12,326 nucleotides of DNA, from IMG/VR virus record IMGVR_UViG_2693429700_000004; one strand, 5' to 3'. Of the stretch, positions 6,016 to 12,307 are shown in pieces; the first letter of the stretch is position 1; each line of letters begins with the position of its first letter. A program made the translations under genes and the position numbers. Under the pieces are notes generated by a model that saw only the letters and a list, made by a program, of their open reading frames with translations, searched no databases and had not been told where the DNA came from. This DNA is from a virus (Duplodnaviria; Heunggongvirae; Uroviricota; Caudoviricetes).

Positions 6016-7437
6016 ATGACCACTATTACCAAAGAGCGACTGCTGACAATCAAGCAGTGGCGCGAAACATACGGACCTGGTAGCAACGTTGTACTGCCAG
6101 CAGAAGAAGCGGAAGAACTGGCACGGATTGCACTGGCATCATTGGAAGCAGATCCAGTTAAACGAGTTAACTCAGATCAGATGCACCGAGTCTGCTTAGA
6201 AGCTAATCGCTATTTAGATAAATATGACGCGATGGCGAAAGAGGTAAATAAGTTGCTTGGACGCATCGCCCCGCCAGCGCCAGTATTTAACGGCGAATAC
6301 GGTGACGCATATCAGGGCGCTCGTGAAGACCTGTCCATCTGGAAACGGCGAGCGCTTGAAGCTGATGAGCACGTTCGGCGACTGGAGCAAATCAATGACC
6401 ACATGGTGAAAGAGGCGCAGGGAGAATCACGCATGGGCGAGCCTGTAATACGTGAGCCAGCACCGGTAGTGCCTGAAGAAGCAACTCCGGAAAACGTAGA
6501 AATGCTCTCTGGCTATGTTTCAACGTACAAATTAACCGATAGCGAGCGCGATATTGCTGCCGAAATATGGAACGCCTGCCGCGCCGCCATGCTTCAGTCA
6601 GGAAACTTTCGGGAAAACAAGAATTCGTCAACCAATAATTTTCGGGAAATCGAGGAAACGTCAACCAACTATCCGGCAATTCCTAGTGAGGTGTTGTCCG
6701 CAATCCTGAAGGTTGCCAGGATTCGTGCCGATTTCGATGATTTTGACGGTGACAGGCGAGGTATCGGTGATTGTCTGGATGAGGCTGAGCAAGAGCTTAT
6801 CGTTACCATTAACAAATATGCCAGTCAGTTGGCAGCAGAACCGATAGCGACTAATGACGTTCGAGAGCAGCAGACAGCCGTTCCGCCAGTTCCGGAAATA
6901 CAGGCTGATGTCGCGCAAGCAATTGAAAATCTCAAGCAGAAGCTAGTGGAATGTAATCGCTATAACTACTGCGCAGATGCAGTTAAAGGCGTAGAGGATG
7001 CCTGCCGTGCTGTTAGCTATAGCCAAGCCGACAATCAACCAGCATCTGGCAACCAGGCTGCCGAATCCAATCGCGGTAATGAGTGGACCGGCAATCCTGA
7101 TATTGATAACGCCATCATCATGCTCGACCGCATAGATACGCTGGAAAATTGCGATGATGACCGTATTGAGGCTGTTAAGGCTGTTTTGCGTAGACTGGCT
7201 GGCAACTATCCGGTAACTCCGGATGGTTGGATAAGCTGTAGTGAGCGAATGCCGAATACCAAAACAGCCGTTCTTGTTGCCGTGGAGTTTGACAGGAAAG
7301 GTGACTGGCGAATGAAATGGGCTACTTACATCCCGGGGCATCCTGACGCTAATGATGGGTGGATAATTCCTGGTGCGTCGTGGAAACCGTCACACTGGAT
7401 GCCGCTACCAGAACCGCCGCAGGAGGTGCGCCAATGA
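6016..7437 (+). CDS. 473-aa phage protein with C-terminal DUF551-type domain (Ead/Ea22-like region)
   Basis: C-terminus GWISCSERMPNTKTAVLVAVEF...WKPSHWMPLPEPP looks like the DUF551 signature as I recall it. AAGGTGA RBS. Internal imperfect tandem DNA repeat at 6604-6670 encodes NFRENKNSSTN / NFREIEETSTN. Confidence 0.65.
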   Translation: MTTITKERLLTIKQWRETYGPGSNVVLPAEEAEELARIALASLEADPVKRVNSDQMHRVCLEANRYLDKYDAMAKEVNKLLGRIAPPAPVFNGEYGDAYQGAREDLSIWKRRALEADEHVRRLEQINDHMVKEAQGESRMGEPVIREPAPVVPEEATPENVEMLSGYVSTYKLTDSERDIAAEIWNACRAAMLQSGNFRENKNSSTNNFREIEETSTNYPAIPSEVLSAILKVARIRADFDDFDGDRRGIGDCLDEAEQELIVTINKYASQLAAEPIATNDVREQQTAVPPVPEIQADVAQAIENLKQKLVECNRYNYCADAVKGVEDACRAVSYSQADNQPASGNQAAESNRGNEWTGNPDIDNAIIMLDRIDTLENCDDDRIEAVKAVLRRLAGNYPVTPDGWISCSERMPNTKTAVLVAVEFDRKGDWRMKWATYIPGHPDANDGWIIPGASWKPSHWMPLPEPPQEVRQ

Positions 7438-7517
7438 TCTGGCCTGAAGCCTTTGCAATTACAGGCGTTGCTATAGCTATTGATTTTTTAGTATATGTTA
7501 TTTGTCGGTGGGGGTAA
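7434..7517 (+). CDS. unannotated mini-ORF, 27-aa hydrophobic peptide (candidate small membrane protein)
   Basis: ATG overlaps the upstream stop (ATGA) and AGGAGG lies 8 nt upstream; MIWPEAFAITGVAIAIDFLVYVICRWG is one predicted TM helix. Not in the ORF track. Confidence 0.35.
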   Translation: MIWPEAFAITGVAIAIDFLVYVICRWG

Positions 7518-7551
7518 AACGTTCGCCGGGATTCACACCAAAGGAGGGAAT

Positions 7552-7656
7552 ATGTCGGATGATATTTCACTGGCAATGGAAGGTGCGCTGGCTGTTATTG
7601 CTGTTGTGGGCGTTTACTGCCTGGTTGTGTTTTTGATGGATCGACTAGGGAACTGA
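7552..7656 (+). CDS. unannotated mini-ORF, 34-aa hydrophobic peptide (candidate small membrane protein)
   Basis: AAAGGAGGG RBS 6 nt upstream of ATG 7552; MSDDISLAMEGALAVIAVVGVYCLVVFLMDRLGN has an acidic N-terminus then a TM helix. Followed by a perfect 22-bp palindrome at 7665-7686. Confidence 0.4.
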   Translation: MSDDISLAMEGALAVIAVVGVYCLVVFLMDRLGN

Positions 7657-7789
7657 ATTCATTACGATATGGGAATTCCCATATCGGGTAAAAACGGTTT
7701 GCGGTAAAGCGAGAGTTAAGTAGAATTGCTGCGGGTGCTTGAGGCTATCTGCCTCGGGCATGCCACCGTAAGGCAGACAGAGAAAAGCC

Positions 7790-7890
7790 CCAGTTAACAT
7801 TACGCGTCCGGCAAGACGCTTAACATTAATCTGAGGCCATATCTATGCTCTACACACGTAGGTTAGCCTCTTACGGACCGAAAGGTCAAG
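7790..7890 (-). ncRNA. sok: predicted Sok-like antisense RNA region (coordinates approximate)
   Basis: Inferred from hok/mok architecture. Minus-strand TTGACC (complement of 7885-7890) is a possible -35; the mok leader contains hairpins and a direct repeat TTAACATTA. Boundaries are not resolved from sequence. Confidence 0.3.
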
Positions 7891-8051
7891 GAGAAGCAGG
7901 CTATGAAGCAGCAAAAGGCGATGTTAATCGCCCTGATCGTCATCTGTTTAACCGTCATAGTGACGGCACTGGTAACGAGGAAAGACCTCTGCGAGGTACG
8001 AATCCGAACCGGTCAGACGGAGGTCGCTGTCTTCGTAGACTACGAATCTGA
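7845..8051 (+). CDS. mok: Mok-like overlapping reading frame (modulation of killing) of the hok locus
   Basis: 68-aa ORF starting upstream of hok and overlapping it in another frame, the canonical hok/mok arrangement. Confidence 0.55.
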   Translation: MLYTRRLASYGPKGQGEAGYEAAKGDVNRPDRHLFNRHSDGTGNEERPLRGTNPNRSDGGRCLRRLRI

Positions 8052-8058
8052 GAAGTAA
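7903..8058 (+). CDS. hok: Hok/Gef-family type I toxin (HokD/RelF-like), 51 aa
   Basis: Translation MKQQKAMLIALIVICLTVIVTALVTRKDLCEVRIRTGQTEVAVFVDYESEK matches the Hok family as I recall it, nearly identical to HokD/RelF except the C-terminal tail. AAGGAGAAG RBS. Not in the ORF track. Confidence 0.85.
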   Translation: MKQQKAMLIALIVICLTVIVTALVTRKDLCEVRIRTGQTEVAVFVDYESEK

Positions 8059-8125
8059 GAGACCAGGCGGGGGAGTAATCTCCCGCCACCTCTGATGTGT
8101 CAGGCATCCTCAACGCACCCGCACT

Positions 8126-8150
8126 AAACCCGCTTCGGCGGGTTTTTTGT
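8126..8150 (+). terminator. intrinsic terminator ending the hok transcript
   Basis: ACCCGC-TTCG-GCGGGT hairpin followed by TTTTTTG. A second 9-bp stem with GTAA loop (8066-8087) lies just after the hok stop but has no T-run. Confidence 0.6.
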
Positions 8151-8333
8151 TGCGTGCTGAATGCGCAGGGTGAAAAATAACCATATATTTGATTATATAC
8201 ACAACAAAAAATAAAAGTCATTGTACCTGCACATTAAATAATCAAATATACAGCGTGAAATAAATATTTTTCAGATTAATATTTTTGTCTCTATGTGGAT
8301 ATAACCGTTTGTACTTATAAACTCGGAGGCATC

Positions 8334-8546
8334 GTGGAAAAAATAAAGAAACTATTTAGTTGCAAATACGCAGTCATACGTCGTGATGACCTGTCAGTTA
8401 TAGTCGAAATGGATTACTTCCCTGAAACCCCAAAATCAATGATGTATCGTAATGGTCGAAAGGCAATTTTTTTACCGATGAGGGTAAGTGACATTATGGG
8501 AAATGATAAACTGCTGGATGAATTGCGAGTCAGAGCATCCTGTTAG
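8334..8546 (+). CDS. hypothetical protein (70 aa)
   Basis: GTG 8334 preceded by GGAGG 4 nt upstream; the track ORF 8295-8546 is the same frame with an upstream GTG. Follows an AT-rich spacer. Confidence 0.4.
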   Translation: MEKIKKLFSCKYAVIRRDDLSVIVEMDYFPETPKSMMYRNGRKAIFLPMRVSDIMGNDKLLDELRVRASC

Positions 8547-8617
8547 TATTGGCATTAATTCTGGTATACTACATAACGGGCTGAACACCCATTCTACTGC
8601 GCCAGCGGAGAACTACG

Positions 8618-9217
8618 ATGGCGCATATACAACTGGTCAAACAAACCTCTTCCGGATTACTTCTCCCGGCGACACCGGAGAGTTGCGATTTTTTGCATCA
8701 AATCAAAATAGGCGAGTGGATACACGCAGACTTTAAGCGTGTGCGTAACTACGCATTCCACAAGCGTTTTTTCAAACTCCTGCAACTGGGATTCGATTAC
8801 TGGACTCCGGTCGGTGGGGCGATCACGCCTCGCGAACGAGAACTGCTGTCTGGTTTCGTTGATTACCTGTGCGAATCAGTTGGTCGGGAACACACGCCAG
8901 CCCTGAGTGATGCCGCAGAGCAATATCTGAATACAGTTGCGACACGCAGAACCCGGGATACGGCATTGTTAAAGTCGTTTGAGGCTTTTCGCGAGTGGGT
9001 AACCATTCAGGCTGGATTTTACACCGAACATTTTTATCCGGACGGTAGCCATGGGCGTCGGGCGAAATCCATCGCTTTTGCGAATATGGACGAAACCGAG
9101 TTTCAGCAGGTTTATAAATCTGTTCTGAATGTGCTGTGGAACTGGATTCTGTTCCGTAAATTTTCCTCTCCGGAACAAGTCGAAAATGTGGCCGCGCAGC
9201 TGCTGGAGTTTGCGTAA
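8618..9217 (+). CDS. DUF1367-family phage protein (YbcN-like, nin region)
   Basis: 199-aa ORF with GGAGA RBS, immediately upstream of and overlapping a YbcO-like gene, as in the DLP12 ybcN-ybcO arrangement. Family call is from recollection and synteny. Confidence 0.55.
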   Translation: MAHIQLVKQTSSGLLLPATPESCDFLHQIKIGEWIHADFKRVRNYAFHKRFFKLLQLGFDYWTPVGGAITPRERELLSGFVDYLCESVGREHTPALSDAAEQYLNTVATRRTRDTALLKSFEAFREWVTIQAGFYTEHFYPDGSHGRRAKSIAFANMDETEFQQVYKSVLNVLWNWILFRKFSSPEQVENVAAQLLEFA

Positions 9218-9507
9218 TGGTGGATTTACGTAAAGCGGCGCGGGGGCAGATGTGCACCGTCAGAATTCCTGGCTACTGCAATCACGATCCGGAAACGTCT
9301 GTGCTGGCGCATTACCGACTGGCGGGAACGTGCGGAACAGCGATAAAGCCACACGATATGCAGGCAGCGATTGCCTGTAGCTCGTGCCACGATTTAATCG
9401 ACGGGCGGGTAAAAACCGGCGATTACACCAAAGAAGAATTACGCCTGATGCATGCAGAAGGTGTTTTTCGCACACAAGAAATCTGGAGAAAGGAGGGATA
9501 TTTATGA
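9217..9507 (+). CDS. ybcO: DUF1364 / YbcO-like Cys/His-rich putative nuclease
   Basis: 96-aa ORF with spaced Cys/His residues (C13, C21, H23, C54, C57, H58); start overlaps the upstream stop (TAATG). Size and position match ybcO. Confidence 0.6.
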   Translation: MVDLRKAARGQMCTVRIPGYCNHDPETSVLAHYRLAGTCGTAIKPHDMQAAIACSSCHDLIDGRVKTGDYTKEELRLMHAEGVFRTQEIWRKEGYL

Positions 9508-10058
9508 TTTACCCAACGAATACAGGAAAAAGCGGAGAACACCTTCGTCTCACCACGCTGGAAAGTGTCTGGATTCAGGGAAAACTACGTATGTGGGGGC
9601 GCTGGTCGTATATTGGCGGCGGTAAGACGGGAAATATGTTTAACCAGTTGCTGACCTCTAAAAAGCTAACAAAAACGGCAATTAATGAGGCGCTCCGGAG
9701 GATGAAAAAAGCAGGTCTGGACAAACCTGAACTTGAGGCTTTTTTGCGGGATATGATCAACGGCAAGCAAAAAAGCTGGCTGGTGCATTGTACTGATGCA
9801 GAGGCGTTATGCATTGATCGGGTGATTAGTGAAGTGCTGGCAGAACACCCAGGATTGATTTGTATCCTCCGGCAAAGATATGAAGGGCGGGGGATGAGTA
9901 AGCGCAAAATGGCTGAATTGCTAAATGATGCACACCCTGAGTGGTGTTTTCGGACGTGCTGCAGTCGGGTAGATGTATGGCTAAATCTTGCTGAATATAT
10001 GCTCTATCTGCCGATGCGTGATGCATTCTCTTCCGGGTATTTAAAAACTGTCTGTTGA
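9504..10058 (+). CDS. late-gene antitermination protein Q-like
   Basis: ATG 9504 with AGGAGGG RBS (track start 9384 overlaps the previous gene and is unlikely). Last nin gene; a strong promoter overlaps its stop and a short terminated leader follows, the pR'/tR' arrangement. Contains a Cys cluster (CFRTCCS). Assignment is mainly positional. Confidence 0.55.
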   Translation: MIYPTNTGKSGEHLRLTTLESVWIQGKLRMWGRWSYIGGGKTGNMFNQLLTSKKLTKTAINEALRRMKKAGLDKPELEAFLRDMINGKQKSWLVHCTDAEALCIDRVISEVLAEHPGLICILRQRYEGRGMSKRKMAELLNDAHPEWCFRTCCSRVDVWLNLAEYMLYLPMRDAFSSGYLKTVC

Positions 10059-10084
10059 CTCAATCTGTTATCCGGGGCTATATT
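10055..10084 (+). promoter_or_regulatory. pR'-like late promoter
   Basis: TTGACT (10055-10060), 18-bp spacer, TATATT (10079-10084); overlaps the stop codon of the Q-like gene. Confidence 0.45.
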
Positions 10085-10146
10085 CCTCACGCGCCAGCAA
10101 AATCTGGCGTCGGGATTAGGAACCCCGGATAGAGACCGCGACAGAC

Positions 10147-10170
10147 ACACGCCGCGAGCGTGTTTTTTAT
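10147..10170 (+). terminator. tR'-like intrinsic terminator about 80 nt downstream of the late promoter
   Basis: ACACGC-CGCGA-GCGTGT hairpin followed by TTTTTTATT. Confidence 0.55.
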
Positions 10171-10331
10171 TGTCGTATGCACGCGCACATCTGAATTATG
10201 GTGGGGCGTATGGGGGAGCTGAAAAGCTCGCCGGTTGGTTTCCCGGTAGTTCCTAACCCTGTACGTCTCACCACCCGATGATTAGGAACCTGACGGTGGT
10301 GATGGTTTAGAAACCACCAGAGGGCGTCATT

Positions 10332-10913
10332 ATGACAACTCAAATTTCTGTTGAAACTCTCTCCCCGATCACCCATAACCAGATTCCTGTTATTACCACC
10401 GAACTTTTGGCGCAGTTGTACGGTGCTGGAGTTAAGAACATTCAAAATAACTACGCCAGAAATGCTGAGCGCTTTATTGAAGGAAAGCATTTTTTCAAAG
10501 TGGCTGGCGATGCCCTGAAAAATTTGCGGGTAGCTTTAAACTACTCACAAAATTTGCAACCATCTTTAAGAGGGTTACAAATTTCCCCGAAAGCCCGCTC
10601 CCTCATCCTCTGGACAGAACGCGGAGCAGCCCGTCATGCCAAAATGCTGGAAACCGATCAGGCGTGGGATGTGTTCGAAAAGCTGGAAGACTGCTATTTC
10701 AGACAAAAGGATCCGTCAGCGCCAGTTTCATGCCAGAAAAGTTACGACACGCGAGTTCTCTGTTATCAGAGAGGCGGTGTCACTGTTTCCACAATTCAGT
10801 TACGGGATGATGATATTGTTATTTCCCTTGAGTCATGGCTGGAACTGGCGAGAGCCAATGGTTGGTTTGTTGTTCGCAGAGATAAACTGGTGGAAAGGTT
10901 GATGCAGCTTTAA
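10332..10913 (+). CDS. ORF6N-domain (antirepressor-like) protein
   Basis: 193-aa ORF with AGAGGG RBS; N-terminal segment TELLAQLYGAGVKNIQNNYARNAERFIEGKHFFKV resembles the ORF6N/antirepressor N-domain as I recall it. Confidence 0.55.
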   Translation: MTTQISVETLSPITHNQIPVITTELLAQLYGAGVKNIQNNYARNAERFIEGKHFFKVAGDALKNLRVALNYSQNLQPSLRGLQISPKARSLILWTERGAARHAKMLETDQAWDVFEKLEDCYFRQKDPSAPVSCQKSYDTRVLCYQRGGVTVSTIQLRDDDIVISLESWLELARANGWFVVRRDKLVERLMQL

Positions 10914-11011
10914 AAAAGTTCTTGCATTTTTGCACATAAACTGCTTCAATTCCTGTTTGCTTCGCAAAGCTGTATCGCGAGGCGAAACGCAAGTTTTTTT
11001 CGCACAAGGAA

Positions 11012-11034
11012 GCCACCGGAAGGTGGTTTTTTTG
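11012..11034 (+). terminator. intrinsic terminator
   Basis: CCACC-GGAA-GGTGG hairpin followed by T7; a weaker hairpin plus T-run lies just upstream at about 10985-11003. Confidence 0.55.
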
Positions 11035-11156
11035 TGTCCGTAATATACAGCAGCGCAATAAATTCGCTGGTGGTTATTAATACCGTTCTTTCAGCTTGCT
11101 GGCTTTTTCGACAAGAGTTATTGGTATGTCACGTTAACCGGAAAGGGTAAAAAGAC

Positions 11157-11354
11157 ATGCTGAAACAGCAGGATATGACAGAAACCGCCAGAGTTGTGTT
11201 TGATGAATTAAGCGTTACCGAACCGGCGACAGTCGGGGAGATTGCGCAGAATACTTACCTTTCACGCGAACGCTGCCAGTTAATACTGACCCAGCTGGTT
11301 ATGGCGGGTCTGGCAGACTATCAGTGCGGTTGTTACAGACGCATTCAGTCCTGA
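11157..11354 (+). CDS. small putative winged-helix DNA-binding protein (65 aa)
   Basis: ORF MLKQQDMTETARVVFDELSVTEPATVGEIAQNTYLSRERCQLILTQLVMAGLADY with an HTH-like core; weak RBS. Confidence 0.4.
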   Translation: MLKQQDMTETARVVFDELSVTEPATVGEIAQNTYLSRERCQLILTQLVMAGLADYQCGCYRRIQS

Positions 11355-11489
11355 AGGCTTTTTATTTGTGGTAAATGGGCGGCTGGTGGGGGGGGCGGCA
11401 CCTGTCAGTCCTTTGCTTATGTGTTGATGATAATTTACCTTTTGGGGCTATAATTGAGCTAACCAATTGCTAATGAAAGTAAAATTATA

Positions 11490-12203
11490 ATGGCTGTTGT
11501 CTGTTCAGTTATCATGGTTTGCTCCCCAATTAATATTTTTCTTGAAAAGGATACGTTGTCACTTAAGCCAGGCTCAGTCGTTCTGGCCACCAAATGCATC
11601 AGGGAGCTTTTCCTTATGCATTATGGCAAAGTTAAAATTGTCGATATAAGCGAATCCGTCGTAAGTCAATATCTGGAAAGTCAGCATAAGCTGACGAGGA
11701 CTCGTCTGACTGACATTCCGCTTTACCTGTTGCTGGAACCCAACAATCCTGCGTTGGCTGCGGCTTTAATTACCAGCCAGGGATTTTCCGGAGAGGTCAC
11801 GGATATGTTTCTTATGATGGCCTGCCTGTCTCTGTTTGAAACAGATGAACGGATGTCATTGTTTTTAAGTGGATGTTTATCCAGCATAAGTGCCAAAGTC
11901 AGGGCGATAATTCAGACAGATATATCAGCAAGCTGGACGCTTGGTGCGATTGCTCTACAGTTGCATATGAGTGAGAGTTTGTTAAAGACAAAACTGAAAA
12001 ATGAAGGGGGCATGTTCAGTCGCTTGTTGCTGGAAGAGCGGATGCGTGTTGCTGTAAATATGTTATGTTCCCGGCATGGATATGGACAGGCTGTAGCAGA
12101 AAAATGCGGTTATTCAAGCAGGTCCTACTTTATTTCTGTATTTCACCGCTATTATGGCTTCCCGCCAGACAGATATGTATCCAGGCAAGGGCTTGATTAT
12201 TGA
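11490..12203 (+). CDS. AraC/XylS-family transcriptional regulator (AppY/YdeO/GadX/PatE-like)
   Basis: 237-aa ORF whose C-terminal HTH region (YGQAVAEKCGYSSRSYFISVFHRYYGFPPDRY) has the AraC signature, and whose N-terminus (MAVVCSVIMVCS) recalls AppY. AT-rich gene and flanks suggest a horizontally acquired moron. Confidence 0.8.
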   Translation: MAVVCSVIMVCSPINIFLEKDTLSLKPGSVVLATKCIRELFLMHYGKVKIVDISESVVSQYLESQHKLTRTRLTDIPLYLLLEPNNPALAAALITSQGFSGEVTDMFLMMACLSLFETDERMSLFLSGCLSSISAKVRAIIQTDISASWTLGAIALQLHMSESLLKTKLKNEGGMFSRLLLEERMRVAVNMLCSRHGYGQAVAEKCGYSSRSYFISVFHRYYGFPPDRYVSRQGLDY

Positions 12204-12231
12204 TTTTCATCTGATTATTATTTTTTGGCTC

Positions 12232-12307
12232 GGCCCTTTAGCTCAGTGGTGAGAGCGAGCGACTCATAATCGCCAGGTCGCTGGTTCAAATCCAGCAAGG
12301 GCCACCA
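12232..12307 (+). tRNA. tRNA with CAU anticodon, ileX/ileY-like (tRNA-Ile2, lysidine) and diverged from the host copies; tRNA-Met not formally excluded
   Basis: 76-nt cloverleaf: acceptor stem GGCCCTT/AAGGGCC, D-loop AGCTCAGTGG, anticodon loop CTCATAA, T-arm GGTTCAAATCC, encoded CCA end. Resembles E. coli ileX/ileY as I recall it, with compensatory stem changes. Confidence 0.85.

Noticed and set aside
5644-7576. Minus-strand ORFs 5644-5922, 6214-6402, 6392-6679, 6661-6918, 6943-7341 and 7349-7576
   Set aside because: All are antisense to contiguous plus-strand genes with RBSs and translational coupling; none has start signals or recognisable motifs.
7665-7686. The 22-bp perfect palindrome considered as a restriction-modification or CRISPR-type repeat
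   Set aside because: Single copy, centred on GAATTC, with no second repeat unit; more consistent with a hairpin or operator adjacent to the mini-ORFs than with any array.
7955-8221. Minus-strand ORF 7955-8221 (88 aa) over hok and its terminators
   Set aside because: Antisense to hok and spanning two terminator hairpins; Sok-type antisense regulation is RNA-based and maps upstream of hok, not here.
8488-9257. ORFs 8488-8736 (+), 8823-9257 (-) and 8969-9178 (-)
   Set aside because: They overlap the DUF1367-like gene in other frames or strands without start signals.
9260-10026. Track start at 9384 for the Q-like gene, and minus ORFs 9260-9475, 9575-9907, 9826-10026
   Set aside because: The 9384 start would overlap the YbcO-like gene by about 120 nt, while ATG 9504 has a strong AGGAGGG RBS and ATGA coupling; the minus ORFs are antisense frames.
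10180-10330. Possible degenerate tRNA gene downstream of Q (by analogy with ileZ-argN-argO in Stx phages)
   Set aside because: No canonical T-loop (GTTCNANNC) or cloverleaf could be drawn from the hairpins present; treated as structured leader instead.
10167-10490. Minus-strand ORF 10167-10490 (107 aa) across the structured leader and the ORF6N gene start
   Set aside because: It overlaps the hairpin-rich non-coding region and the plus-strand gene start; no RBS.
10636-11058. ORFs 10636-10902 (+) and 10819-11058 (-)
   Set aside because: The first is an alternative frame inside the ORF6N gene; the second spans two intrinsic terminators.
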